64,000 nt of DNA from the IMG/VR virus record IMGVR_UViG_3300035156_000198, positions 9,513 to 73,512 of that record; one strand, written 5' to 3'. Numbering within the stretch: the stretch's first letter is position 1; the number at the start of each line of letters is the position of its first letter. The stretch is from a virus. Below are positions 29,901 to 38,350 of this stretch, in pieces. A model generated the notes under the pieces. It worked only from the letters and a program-made list of their open reading frames with translations, was not told the origin of the DNA and ran no database searches. Made by a program: the position numbers and the translations under genes.

Positions 29901-31926
29901 GAGCATCACCGCCACCGGCCTGACCCTCACCGCGTCGTTCGACACGTACCGATTCGGCCTGATGACCTCCCTGGCCAACTGGGGGCCGGTGTGGATTGAC
30001 GACCTCGGGGTGAACCTCACCGACTGGTGCGGCCCGGCGGTCGCCACCGGCCCGCCGGGCCCGGTGACAGTCGACGCTGACATCACCGACCTGGCACCGG
30101 CCGCCGACACCACCGCCGCGGCGGTCACGACGGCGCGAGCTGCAGCTGACACCGCGCCGGCTGCCGACACCACCGCGGCCGCGGTGACCCGCGTCCTGGC
30201 CGCGACGGTCGCCGACCCCGCTCCCGCCGTGGACGCTGCCACCCGGGTCACCACCCGAGCAAGGGCCGCCACCGACGCCACAGGAGGCGCTGACAGCGTC
30301 GCAGCGGCGTCGGCGAGGGTCAGGGCGGTCAGCGACTCCGCGGCCGGGAGCGACGCGCTGGTGGCTTCCAGTGGCCGCACACGCGCCGCCGGCGACACCG
30401 CACCGGCCGTCGACCAGCTCACCCGCGCCGAGACCCGGGCCCGCGCCGCGGTCGACACCGCGGCCGCCGCTGACCAGCTGACCCGGGCCCGGGCTGGAGC
30501 TCGGGCGGTCACCGACGCGGCCGCCGCCGGCGACGCCCTCACCACCAGGTCGGCGCGAGCCCGTACCCTCACCGACGCGGCGGGCGCCGGCGACACCACC
30601 GCATCGTCGTCGGCGCACGTCCTGACCGCGGCCGCAGCTGACACCGCGCCGGCAGCTGACACCACGACCGCCCGAGCGGCCCGCGTGCGAGCTGCAGCCG
30701 ACACCGCCGCCGCTGCCGACACCACCACCAGGGGCACGACCCGGGCCCGAGCTGCCGGCGACACCGCGCCGGCGGCTGACTCGGCCACCAGGGGAGCGGC
30801 CGCCGCCCGCCCGACCACCGACACCGCCCCGACCGTCGACACCCTGACGACCAGGGCCACCCGGGCCCGGGCCCTCACCGACACCGCGCCGGCGGGCGAC
30901 ATCACCGCCGCCGGCGCGGCCCACCAGCTCGCCGCCACGACCACCGACACCGCGGCCGCCGTCGACCAGCTGGCCCGCACCGTGGCACGGACCCGGACGG
31001 CAGGCGACACCGCCCCGACCGTCGACACCACCGCGCGGGCCGGTTCTCGAGCCCGGGCCTCCATCGACGCCGCGCCGGCAGCTGATGCCGCCGCGCAGAC
31101 CTCTACGCACGTCCTGGCCCGGGCGGCCAGCGATACCGCCGCCGCCGTCGACCAGCCGGCCAGGGCGACCAGCTCGGCGCGAGCTGCAGCCGACACGGCG
31201 CCGGCGGGCGACCAGACGGCCAGGGCGACGACCCGCGCGCGAGCCGTGGGCGACACCGCGCCGGCAGCTGACACGACCGCCCAAACCTCCGCGCACGTCC
31301 TCACCAGGGCCACCAGCGACGCCGCGGCGGCCGCCGATGCCACCGCCCGGGCCACCAGCCGCGCGCGAGCTGTCACCGACGTATCGGCTGTGACCGATAC
31401 GCCGACCAGGGCCACCACCCGCGGCCGCGCGACCCTCGACGCCGCTGCAGCTGCCGACCAGCTGGCCGTCGCCGTCGCGCAGGCGCTGGCCGCGGCCGCC
31501 GCCGACACGGCACCGGCGACCGATGTCACCAGCCGCCGGGTCATGCGGGCCCGCACACCGACCGACACCGCACCAGCGGTCGACGTGACGACCAGGGCCA
31601 CCACCGCCGGCAGCCTGGTCACCGACGCCGCACCGCTGGCCGACCTGGTGACGCGAGCCGCGGCGACCGCACGGGCCCAGCTCGACACCGCCCTGGCCGT
31701 CGACCTGGCCGGCGCCGTGGTCGAGGTCTACGTGCCGCCGGTGTTCATCGTCACCCGGCCTGGCCTGACCGTGACCGCGCGAGCTGGCGGCCTGACCGTC
31801 ACCGCCCGAGCTGGCGGGCTGCAGCTGGTCGGCAACGGCGCCGGCCTGGTCATCGAGCAACCGGCGGCCGGCCTGGCCGTCACCGGCCACCGCACCGACG
31901 CGGGCATGGTGCCCGCCGACGCCTGA
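26944..31926 (+). CDS. Giant fibre/adhesin with GH16 glycoside hydrolase, lectin-like domains and ~20-aa repeats
   Basis: GH16 motifs FFDDF, NNELQTY, YTSGRI, GLWPAFW, catalytic EIDILE, DFHVYAVEW, ILNLAVGG; long RxRxxxDxAxAxD repeat tract. Confidence 0.85.
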   Translation: MPVIRYTDYLGVTRNRLPTSPTALHSPRTGSREIDGGPGNPVLFADDFNRPDQALNANGNWINASAGTPMSIIGGQLVGGTTASPAFRWAAPTASDDQFSEVQWLGGSFNGPNVQMSSYAANAGASTVPPFYVFRWNSATNVGLGYKTAGSSTYTALTSATYTLTPGDLMRLEYVGGILRCYVNDVLLITHDPVALRITGQRHVGIGVNTGSASGLTLFDNWRGGDAAAYVPAVLPTAYVATTSDAAPAADTASAAVTPATPPSTVVFFDDFTGPAGTAPSAASWSYDIGDLGVNNELQTYTSSAANVATDGAGNLAIVARSDGAGGYTSGRIHAIGKVAQQFGRIEARIKVPKGTGLWPAFWAMSDPAVYGAWPRNGEIDILESVNAMLTDTTSLHGPMTAAPGTPWHLNRTWTPGLDLSADFHVYAVEWQTNLIAFYLDGGLAHVLTPADMPAGATWPFNDKPFSPILNLAVGGDFPGQTVDPAALPATMLVDYVRITTPPTGGFTAARPKVSTLVTAFTDQREFEGWWAAAALAGGALVLQVNNQYGGILRSERRFDLTSSQMSAQLVAPPNVGAGTTETQFQALANPSNYVDFGWVNGTLYCREVVNGASDATYPGYTPAQDKFLRMRHDGTNLIWETSPDGVTGWVTRRSKVPVVPLTNLGVQLVAGYYGTETAPGTATWDDLNTTAAAPAQLARAAADTASAADATTRATTRTRATGDAAAAADQLTRAATRARATLDTAPAADTVATSAVPALAQLTRSTTDTAAASDALTAARDAARATVDTATAADTATAEVTPAATGPAITAGNGFEGLADGTTITPANSGGASGTAFDAATIPSSGQTIAVSAARAAHGTRSLQIGTGATATTSNLSWMAAVGARTTFYLRWYAYFTALPASSSTLWRGLLGGTTGMGINLSSAGALRAQDAAGASSTATTVPGSIPLNQWFRVEARVVAGTGGTGTIEIRRYDTADAPVGSPSASITATGLTLTASFDTYRFGLMTSLANWGPVWIDDLGVNLTDWCGPAVATGPPGPVTVDADITDLAPAADTTAAAVTTARAAADTAPAADTTAAAVTRVLAATVADPAPAVDAATRVTTRARAATDATGGADSVAAASARVRAVSDSAAGSDALVASSGRTRAAGDTAPAVDQLTRAETRARAAVDTAAAADQLTRARAGARAVTDAAAAGDALTTRSARARTLTDAAGAGDTTASSSAHVLTAAAADTAPAADTTTARAARVRAAADTAAAADTTTRGTTRARAAGDTAPAADSATRGAAAARPTTDTAPTVDTLTTRATRARALTDTAPAGDITAAGAAHQLAATTTDTAAAVDQLARTVARTRTAGDTAPTVDTTARAGSRARASIDAAPAADAAAQTSTHVLARAASDTAAAVDQPARATSSARAAADTAPAGDQTARATTRARAVGDTAPAADTTAQTSAHVLTRATSDAAAAADATARATSRARAVTDVSAVTDTPTRATTRGRATLDAAAAADQLAVAVAQALAAAAADTAPATDVTSRRVMRARTPTDTAPAVDVTTRATTAGSLVTDAAPLADLVTRAAATARAQLDTALAVDLAGAVVEVYVPPVFIVTRPGLTVTARAGGLTVTARAGGLQLVGNGAGLVIEQPAAGLAVTGHRTDAGMVPADA

Positions 31927-31943
31927 CGCGAGAGGATCACACC

Positions 31944-32252
31944 ATGCTGGAGATGAAGCGGGGCGACCTGATGCCGCCACTGACCGGTGTCATCACCGAC
32001 AACGGCGAGCCGGTGAACGGGTCGACGGCGGTCCTTGCCCGGGTCATCGCCTGGCGCAACGGCGCGGCCCTGTTCAAGCGGCCGGTGGCCATCGGCGCCG
32101 ACGGGGCCTGGACGATGCCGTGGGTCGAGGGTGACACCGACCAGGTGGGCGACCTGCTGGTGGAGGTCGAGGTCACCTGGCCGGGCACCCGGCCGCAGAC
32201 GTTCCCCGGTGACGGCTACGAGACGGTGCGGGTGCACCAGGACCTCGGCTAG
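31944..32252 (+). CDS. BppU-like baseplate upper protein N-terminal domain
   Basis: MKRGDLMPPL...W..GDT...VEVEVTWP...QTFPGDGY. Confidence 0.7.
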   Translation: MLEMKRGDLMPPLTGVITDNGEPVNGSTAVLARVIAWRNGAALFKRPVAIGADGAWTMPWVEGDTDQVGDLLVEVEVTWPGTRPQTFPGDGYETVRVHQDLG

Positions 32253-32353
32253 TACGTGCCTGTGAGGGCCTTGGCCAGCAGCCACACCGACCAGATGATG
32301 AAGTAGACGACCAGCGCGGCCAGGATGCACGACACCCACGCTTTCGGGGTCAC
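32249..32353 (-). CDS. 34-aa single-TM peptide
   Basis: WVSCILAALVVYFIIWSVWLLAK; GTG start next to the upstream stop. Confidence 0.5.
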   Translation of the reverse strand: MTPKAWVSCILAALVVYFIIWSVWLLAKALTGTY

Positions 32354-32652
32354 GATGGCACCGGCTGCTCGGTGACGATGCCGAGCCGCTCGGCGGCCTG
32401 CAGCAGCGGCACCTGGTGGCGGTAGCTGTCCCAGAAACCGCGGCAGATGGCCCGCGGCTGCTCGGCTGACATTAGGGTGGCATGGCAGGTCAGGCCGGCG
32501 CCGGCGGCGACGTTGCGCCGCACCAGGTCGGCGAGCCGCCCGGGCTGCAGGTCCATCCGGTTGCCCGGGTGGAACACGCACGTCGGGCACTTCTCGGTGA
32601 GCACGTGCACCCGGCCGTCGCGGTACACCGGGCGAGCTGCTCGGCGGGTCAC
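32350..32652 (-). CDS. Hypothetical Cys-containing protein
   Basis: KCPTCVF...TCH...CRGF; GTGA coupling. Confidence 0.6.
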   Translation of the reverse strand: MTRRAARPVYRDGRVHVLTEKCPTCVFHPGNRMDLQPGRLADLVRRNVAAGAGLTCHATLMSAEQPRAICRGFWDSYRHQVPLLQAAERLGIVTEQPVPS

Positions 32653-32963
32653 GTGACGGGCCGTAGCGGGATGACCGGTGCCGGCTCGACCGGGGTGGTG
32701 TCGAGCGACTGGACGACCGGGGACACGACATGCTGCCAAGCGGCGTCGTTCCCCTCGGCCTCGGTGAGCCCGTCGAAGCTGAACACGATGACGCGGCGAC
32801 CGAACATGGCGACCTCTCGCCGGTAGTACAGCGCGTGCGGCGGCGCCACCCGCTCGGTGTCGTGCACCGGCGGCAACGGTTCGGCGACCTCGACGGCGAC
32901 CACTCCGGGGTCCACGTCGAACACCTGGCCGTCGGCGGGGCCGCCGAGGAACAGGGCCCTCAC
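32649..32963 (-). CDS. Hypothetical protein
   Basis: LFLGGPADG start motif common in actinophage small proteins; coupled. Confidence 0.6.
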   Translation of the reverse strand: MRALFLGGPADGQVFDVDPGVVAVEVAEPLPPVHDTERVAPPHALYYRREVAMFGRRVIVFSFDGLTEAEGNDAAWQHVVSPVVQSLDTTPVEPAPVIPLRPVT

Positions 32964-33781
32964 GCGCCGGCCCCCGTGACCCCGGCGGCGAAGGCGCCGG
33001 CGACGATGCCCAGCGTGCGAATGACGCCGGCGGCGAACGTGGCCAGGCCGGCCGGGTCGAGCACACCCCACACCGTCAAGGCCATGACCGGCAGCCACCG
33101 CAGCGTGAACGACGCGAACATCAGCACGTCGTCGCCGTCGAGGCCGCTGGCGGCCCACTTGCGGCGCACGCCGCGCACCATGGCGGCGACGCCCTTGGCG
33201 ACGACCCACAGCAGCGTCACCGGGAAGATGAGCACGGCCGGCAGGCGTAGGTCGCCGATCCGGTCGAGCCGCCCGCGCCGGTTGTAGCCGCTCACCGGGG
33301 CCGGCCCCAACCATGCCGGCCGACCGCCCGGCTCGGCGGTGCGGTCGATGCTGTGCGCGCCCGGCACGTACGCGCCGCGGTACAGCAGCCGCCCGTCGGC
33401 GTCGCGCAGCTCGTACTCGGCGCGCGGCGTCGAGCCGCCGTGGTCGATGACCTGGCGCTCGCTGATCGTGTAGCCGTCGGGCAGCTTGCGGGTCAGCGGC
33501 ACGGGCCGGTGCGGCGCCATCGACGCCGGCGGCTCGAAGTCGGCTGGCAGCTGGGCCGAGCACTCGGGGTTCAGGCACAAGTGCGCGACGACCTCGCCGG
33601 CGGGGACCGCCGCGGTCGGCCTCACGCGCACCGGGTCGACCTTGGTGTGCTCACATTGGACCCTCTGGACCGGCGTCACCTTGCGGCGGGTGAAGCGGTA
33701 CAGCGGCGGGGCCGCGAGCATCATGCCGCAGCCGAGCAACGCCGCGGCGGCGTACAGGACGAGCTGCAGGTACTCAGTCAT
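32960..33781 (-). CDS. Membrane protein
   Basis: N-terminal and C-terminal hydrophobic segments; RBS GAAAGG. Confidence 0.65.
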   Translation of the reverse strand: MTEYLQLVLYAAAALLGCGMMLAAPPLYRFTRRKVTPVQRVQCEHTKVDPVRVRPTAAVPAGEVVAHLCLNPECSAQLPADFEPPASMAPHRPVPLTRKLPDGYTISERQVIDHGGSTPRAEYELRDADGRLLYRGAYVPGAHSIDRTAEPGGRPAWLGPAPVSGYNRRGRLDRIGDLRLPAVLIFPVTLLWVVAKGVAAMVRGVRRKWAASGLDGDDVLMFASFTLRWLPVMALTVWGVLDPAGLATFAAGVIRTLGIVAGAFAAGVTGAGA

Positions 33782-33826
33782 CGGGGGCCTTTCGGGTGGG
33801 TGGTGGTGGTGGTGGTGAGGCCATTG

Positions 33827-34030
33827 TCAGGGTCGGGGCCCTCGATTCAGGATCAACAGGCTGGCGCCGGCCGCGGCGAACGTGAACCCGACGACCTCGA
33901 CCAGCAACCCGACGCCGACCAGCACGAACACGTGGTCGTCGCGGTCGCTGGCGACGCCGGCCCAGTACGCGCCGGCGCTGCCGACGACCAGGCCCACCAG
34001 GGCGACGACCGCGCCGACCAGCCGGTTCAC
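33827..34030 (-). CDS. Small two-TM membrane protein
   Basis: Two hydrophobic helices; GTGA coupling. Confidence 0.6.
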   Translation of the reverse strand: MNRLVGAVVALVGLVVGSAGAYWAGVASDRDDHVFVLVGVGLLVEVVGFTFAAAGASLLILNRGPRP

Positions 34031-34344
34031 GGCTGCCGCCCGCACAACGGGCACGAGTCGCCGTCGGGCACGGTGACGGTGCCCATGCCCGGGCAATCGT
34101 GGGCGACGTGCGGCCCGTTGCAGATCGACGCCGGGCACCCGTCGGGGTCGCACCAGTCGAGCAGCTCGGCGGTCAGCGCGATGGCGCCGTCGGGCTGCAG
34201 CTCGGCGGCGACAACCTCGGCGGCGACCGGCCCCGGCGCACCGGGCACCGTCATGGTCGGGGTCTGCCCCACCAGGCCGGCGGCCGCCGACGGCGCGAAC
34301 ACGTCGCCTGGTGTCTCGGGGTACATCCTGAACTCAACCCGCAT
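34027..34344 (-). CDS. Hypothetical protein
   Basis: 105 aa with RBS GAAGGGAG; Cys-rich C-terminus. Confidence 0.55.
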   Translation of the reverse strand: MRVEFRMYPETPGDVFAPSAAAGLVGQTPTMTVPGAPGPVAAEVVAAELQPDGAIALTAELLDWCDPDGCPASICNGPHVAHDCPGMGTVTVPDGDSCPLCGRQP

Positions 34345-35023
34345 CCCGGGCTCCCTTCGTGGTGGTGGCCGTGGCGCGGTGCTCGACGGCGCGCACCGTC
34401 GCCGCGTACCACTTCCGGCCGCCCTGCCCGGTCGGCACGGCGCCGGCGTTCAGATCGTTGGCGATGGCCTGGTATGACTTCCCGGCGGCGCGGGCCTCGA
34501 TGATGCCGGCGCGCACCGTCTCCGGGACGGTGATCGACCGGCCCAGCGCGACGCCCTGTTTCTGCAGCTCGCCGAGGGCGGCCTTCGTGCGCTCGCCGAT
34601 GATGCGCCGCTCCCATTGGGCGAACACCGCCATGACGCCGGCGAGCACTTCCCCGGCGGGGCTGGTCAGGTCCACGCCCAGGTCGAGGGCCACCAGGTTC
34701 CACCCGCCCTCCCTGGCCTCGGCGGTGATCGTGGCGAAGTCCAGCAGCGACCGGGAGAGCCGGTCGAGCTTGGCGACCATCAGGGTGCCGGCGTCGCCGT
34801 CGCGCACCAGGTCGAGCGCGTCGGCGAGCTGGGGCCGGCGGGCCCGAGACTTCCCCGACGCGACATCGACACGCACGGGCTCGAGAAGCCGCCAACCGCG
34901 GCGGTCGCACTCGGCCCGGATGGTGGCCTCCTGCGCGGCGAGCCCTAGCCCGCGTTCGCCTTGTTCGTCGGTGCTGACCCTGATGTACCCGACGACGACC
35001 TCGGGGCCGACGCGGCCGGTCAC
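34334..35023 (-). CDS. Small serine recombinase (resolvase/invertase family)
   Basis: GYIRVSTDEQ (catalytic Ser), SGKSRARRPQL, VAKLDRLSRS, AQWERRIIGERTKAAL, then a short HTH-like region; about 229 aa. Confidence 0.9.
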   Translation of the reverse strand: MTGRVGPEVVVGYIRVSTDEQGERGLGLAAQEATIRAECDRRGWRLLEPVRVDVASGKSRARRPQLADALDLVRDGDAGTLMVAKLDRLSRSLLDFATITAEAREGGWNLVALDLGVDLTSPAGEVLAGVMAVFAQWERRIIGERTKAALGELQKQGVALGRSITVPETVRAGIIEARAAGKSYQAIANDLNAGAVPTGQGGRKWYAATVRAVEHRATATTTKGARDAG

Positions 35024-35235
35024 AGTCGGACCTCGTAGACCTCGGCCACGGCGCCGTCGTCGCGGACCTCGAACCGGCCCGACGGCACGGCGACGGCCCC
35101 GTCGAGCGGGATCGGCTCGCCGGGCCGAATGGTTGTGAGGTCGTACCACCGGCCCTCGACCTCGGGGGGCAGGAAATCGGCGGGCAGGTCAGCGGCCGCC
35201 CGAATCACCGCGTGGTCGGCGTGATCGGCGGTCAC
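35020..35235 (-). CDS. Hypothetical protein
   Basis: Coupled 4-bp overlaps. Confidence 0.55.
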   Translation of the reverse strand: MTADHADHAVIRAAADLPADFLPPEVEGRWYDLTTIRPGEPIPLDGAVAVPSGRFEVRDDGAVAEVYEVRL

Positions 35236-35444
35236 GGCCGCCGCCACACTCTGACGCACGCGCACGGCCGAGCGACCACGACCGTCGGCGGCCGGTGCCA
35301 CTCGGTGCAAGGCCCGAGCGGGTGCCACGGGTGACCGCAACCGCAGACCGCCGGGGCCTTCGGGTCGACCACGTAGACGATGACGCCCGGCGCGCGGCCG
35401 GCCCGGGCGATGGCCCGCCATAGCTCGACCTGGCGCGGCGTCAC
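35232..35444 (-). CDS. Hypothetical Cys/His-rich protein
   Basis: CGCGHPWH...C...CAC; coupled. Confidence 0.5.
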   Translation of the reverse strand: MTPRQVELWRAIARAGRAPGVIVYVVDPKAPAVCGCGHPWHPLGPCTEWHRPPTVVVARPCACVRVWRRP

Positions 35445-35683
35445 TGGTCGACCGCCGGGTTCTCGCCCTGGTCGACCCGGCCGATGTCGGTGCGCGACCG
35501 CAACGCGCGCAGCTCCATGTCGCGGCTCACCTTGTCGGCGTGCACGGTGGCGATGGCGAGGTCCCCTTCCAGCTCACCGGGCCGACCTCGGTTCGGCAGG
35601 CCGGGCCGCGACGCGCGACCGCCGGGCCCGTAGTACGCCTCGACCCAGTACGGCCGGGTCCGGTCGGGCACCCGGCGGCTCAC
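35441..35683 (-). CDS. Hypothetical protein
   Basis: GTG start overlapping the upstream stop. Confidence 0.5.
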   Translation of the reverse strand: MSRRVPDRTRPYWVEAYYGPGGRASRPGLPNRGRPGELEGDLAIATVHADKVSRDMELRALRSRTDIGRVDQGENPAVDQ

Positions 35684-35880
35684 CGTCGCACCCCCCGGGC
35701 CCGCAACAGCTCGGTCTGGTCGAACATGCCGTGCACGACGGTCCACCCGGTGATGCGTGCACCGTCACGCTCGGCCCAGTGGCGAACCTCGGCCATCCTT
35801 CGCCGGCACACGGCGAGCCGCATGGCCAGGGGCGCGGTGTCAGGGGCGAGGAACGCCTGACCTGTCCACTGATCGGTCAC
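35680..35880 (-). CDS. Hypothetical protein
   Basis: 66 aa, coupled. Confidence 0.5.
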   Translation of the reverse strand: MTDQWTGQAFLAPDTAPLAMRLAVCRRRMAEVRHWAERDGARITGWTVVHGMFDQTELLRARGVRR

Positions 35881-36242
35881 GGCCGAAGCTCGGAGAGGGT
35901 GAGGGTGACCAACCCGTCGACCGGCTCGGCCTCGATGACGCGGAACACGCCGGCGCCGTACACCGTGACGGCCTCATCGCCTGGCACGGCGACCAGCCGC
36001 ACGATGTCGCCCACGTCGGGCGCCGCCGACACATCCCGACGCGGCGGGGTCCAGTGGTCGTCGGTGGGCGAGTCGAGCAGCGGGCCCTTCTTGCCGCCGG
36101 CGAAGTCGGACCCGCGGAAATCGTGCGGGGTCGCCGAGAAGTGCCGCAGCTTGGCGCGCTCGGCGGGTGACAAGTCAGGCGCCGGCAGACGCTTGTCGGT
36201 GCGGCGGTCGGTGAACGGCACGAACGGGTCGGTGGTGGTCAC
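35877..36242 (-). CDS. Hypothetical protein
   Basis: RBS GAAAGGA; coupled. Confidence 0.55.
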   Translation of the reverse strand: MTTTDPFVPFTDRRTDKRLPAPDLSPAERAKLRHFSATPHDFRGSDFAGGKKGPLLDSPTDDHWTPPRRDVSAAPDVGDIVRLVAVPGDEAVTVYGAGVFRVIEAEPVDGLVTLTLSELRP

Positions 36243-36397
36243 AGTGGGTCCTTTCGGCAGCGGCGGCAGTAGCGGTGCGAAGCGGTGACACGGAACGCGA
36301 GCGACCCGGCGATGGTGCTGCCACCGAAGGGCTCGACGGCATCGAACACGAGCACCGGGCGGTGACCGCGCACCCGGCACACCAGCCGGCGGATCAC
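36239..36397 (-). CDS. Small Cys/His protein
   Basis: LVCRVRGH...YCRRC; coupled. Confidence 0.5.
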   Translation of the reverse strand: MIRRLVCRVRGHRPVLVFDAVEPFGGSTIAGSLAFRVTASHRYCRRCRKDPL

Positions 36398-37161
36398 CAC
36401 GGGCTCGGGTCGCGCGGCTCGACGGTGAGGGCCGGCACGACCAGCTGGTGCTGGTCGTCCACGTCGTCGGTGTGCCGGTAGCCGCCCTCGTAGCGGTGGC
36501 GGCCGCACTGGCGGCAGCTCGGCTCGGCGCCGTAGCCAACGGGGTCGACCTGGAAGGTGTGCGGCTCATCGTCGGCGGCGGCGTCGTCCGGCTGGGCGCC
36601 GAGGTCATCGCCGAGCGCGGCGCGCAGCACCGGGGTCGGGACAGCTGACGCCCATTCGGGTGTCTCGACCAGCGCGCGCACCCGGGCGAGTTGGGCGGCC
36701 GGCGAGGTTGGGTCGGCCGGCCCGGCGACATGGCCGGGCCACCCGGGGGCATCGACCCGGAACGACCCGACCAGGTGGCCGTGGCATGGCGGGTCGGTGT
36801 CGGGGTCATGGGCCCGCTCGCACGTCACGGCGGCGCCGTCGGCGTCGAGCCACTGCCGGCCACACAGGACCTCGGCGTCGGGGTCGGCGGCGACCTCGGC
36901 GAGCCGGCGGCATAGGGCCTCGACCACCCGGGCGAGGCCCATGGTGTTCGCGTCGGCCTCGGCGAGCCACCGGGCCAGGTTGGGGCCGGTGACCGGCTGA
37001 CCCTCTCGGGTGTCGGTGTCCCATCGGGCACTCTCGGCGACCAGCGCGGCGCGGCTTTCCAGGTCGGCGAGTGAGGCACCGTCGAAGGGGGCCTCTGACG
37101 GGCCCTCTCCGGGCCTGTCGAGGGTTGGGGGTTCTGATCGGCTGACGGGCTCCATCGGCAT
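36394..37161 (-). CDS. Hypothetical protein (first gene of the leftward accessory operon)
   Basis: 255 aa; RBS AAGGA. Confidence 0.6.
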   Translation of the reverse strand: MPMEPVSRSEPPTLDRPGEGPSEAPFDGASLADLESRAALVAESARWDTDTREGQPVTGPNLARWLAEADANTMGLARVVEALCRRLAEVAADPDAEVLCGRQWLDADGAAVTCERAHDPDTDPPCHGHLVGSFRVDAPGWPGHVAGPADPTSPAAQLARVRALVETPEWASAVPTPVLRAALGDDLGAQPDDAAADDEPHTFQVDPVGYGAEPSCRQCGRHRYEGGYRHTDDVDDQHQLVVPALTVEPRDPSPW

Positions 37162-37276
37162 CCTTGCAGGTCAGGAGGGGGTTTGCTATATGTGGGCCCC
37201 ACGTTACACCCGCATAAACCTGACGCACAACAGCTATATGAAACCCGGCGTGTCGCCCCTCACGTAACCTCTCGGC

Positions 37277-37408
37277 ATGGCACACGACCCCGAGCCGCGC
37301 CGGTTGAGCTGGGACGAGCCGGCGCCGAGCGACCTGTTCGATGACCTCATCGCCGGCGCCGAGGCTGACGAGGCTGCCGAGCTGGCCGAGCCCGAGCCCG
37401 ACCAGTAG
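37277..37408 (+). CDS. 43-aa acidic peptide, probably leaderless
   Basis: -10-like TAACCT at 37265-37270, ATG 6 nt later. Confidence 0.4.
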   Translation: MAHDPEPRRLSWDEPAPSDLFDDLIAGAEADEAAELAEPEPDQ

Positions 37409-37628
37409 GGTGCCGGGCACATCGCCGTCGGCTCCCGTGACTTACGCAGCTCCGGGGGTCGGCGGCCCCTGGTGTGACATCGCCGGGAATGTTATTCGGC
37501 TCGATGCCACAGGGGCACCGTGCCATTGACGTATCTGTCCGTACGGGTGCACACTGATCGAGTGTCGGCCCCGGCCAGGGTTTCCTCCCCCGGCCTCCCT
37601 GCTGTCGGGGTCGACGCCTGTCAGGTGG

Positions 37629-37698
37629 TGGTCTAGCCCACCTAAACTATCGGGGCGCTGGGCTTGTGTTTCAGGGCTCCGAGGCTGACAATAGACAC
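37629..37698 (+). promoter_or_regulatory. TGGTCTAGCCCA box plus leaderless promoter TTGTGT-N17-GACAAT
   Basis: Near-duplicate of 3178-3249 on the opposite strand. Confidence 0.65.
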
Positions 37699-37947
37699 AT
37701 GCACACCACCACCGCCCAGAACAAGGCACACCGCACCGACATCGCCTGGCACAAGAGCGCGGGCCGCAAGTTCCAGGCCGCCGGCGAGCACTTCACCAGC
37801 GAGTACCTCAACCCCTTCACCGGCCAGGCGATCCGCAAGAGCTGGCGCATGACCGGCCGCGACTGGTTCATCTTCGACGCCGCCGGCCAGGTCATCGGCC
37901 GCGCGCACTCCCTCACGTGGGCCAAGCTCGACGCGGCGGCCGCGTGA
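37699..37947 (+). CDS. Hypothetical early protein, leaderless
   Basis: ATG 6 nt after the -10 box. Confidence 0.65.
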   Translation: MHTTTAQNKAHRTDIAWHKSAGRKFQAAGEHFTSEYLNPFTGQAIRKSWRMTGRDWFIFDAAGQVIGRAHSLTWAKLDAAAA

Positions 37948-38060
37948 TGGCCGTGCGCGTGTACGCCGACGACCGCGACGAGTCCGACACCTGCCAGGCC
38001 GGCACCGCCGGCTGCTGCATCGACCACGCCGCCGACCGCGGCAGCTGCGAGGGCTGGTGA
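37947..38060 (+). CDS. 37-aa Cys-rich peptide
   Basis: TGATG coupling on both sides; TCQAGTAGCCIDH...SCEGW. Confidence 0.55.
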   Translation: MAVRVYADDRDESDTCQAGTAGCCIDHAADRGSCEGW

Positions 38061-38338
38061 TGGCGCGCTCCACGCAAGTCATCGCCCGCCGCGGCGAAGA
38101 GAGCTGCCGCCACTGCGGCGACCGGCCCGAGGTCACCGTCACCGGGCCGACCCCGGCCGGCGAGCTGACGATCCGCACGTGCGCGATCCACGCCGGCACC
38201 TACCTGCGCGACGACCGCCTGACCGTCACCCCCGACCCTGACCGGCGCCTCGCCGTGTGCGCCTGCCGGCAGCTGGTCGGCCACAACGGCCGCGCCGCCC
38301 ACCGCTGCCCGGCGGCGCTCGACCACCACCCCACCTGA
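38060..38338 (+). CDS. Hypothetical Zn-binding protein
   Basis: CRHC, CAIH, CAC...HRC motifs. Confidence 0.55.
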   Translation: MARSTQVIARRGEESCRHCGDRPEVTVTGPTPAGELTIRTCAIHAGTYLRDDRLTVTPDPDRRLAVCACRQLVGHNGRAAHRCPAALDHHPT

Positions 38339-38350
38339 AAGGGCTCGACC

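Noticed and set aside
30070-31700. Possible CRISPR array or DGR repeats
   Set aside because: The repeats are degenerate, in frame and protein-coding, with no unique spacers; no cas or reverse transcriptase gene is seen.
34334-35023. Large serine integrase
   Set aside because: Too short; it lacks the full recombinase and Zn-ribbon/coiled-coil domains.
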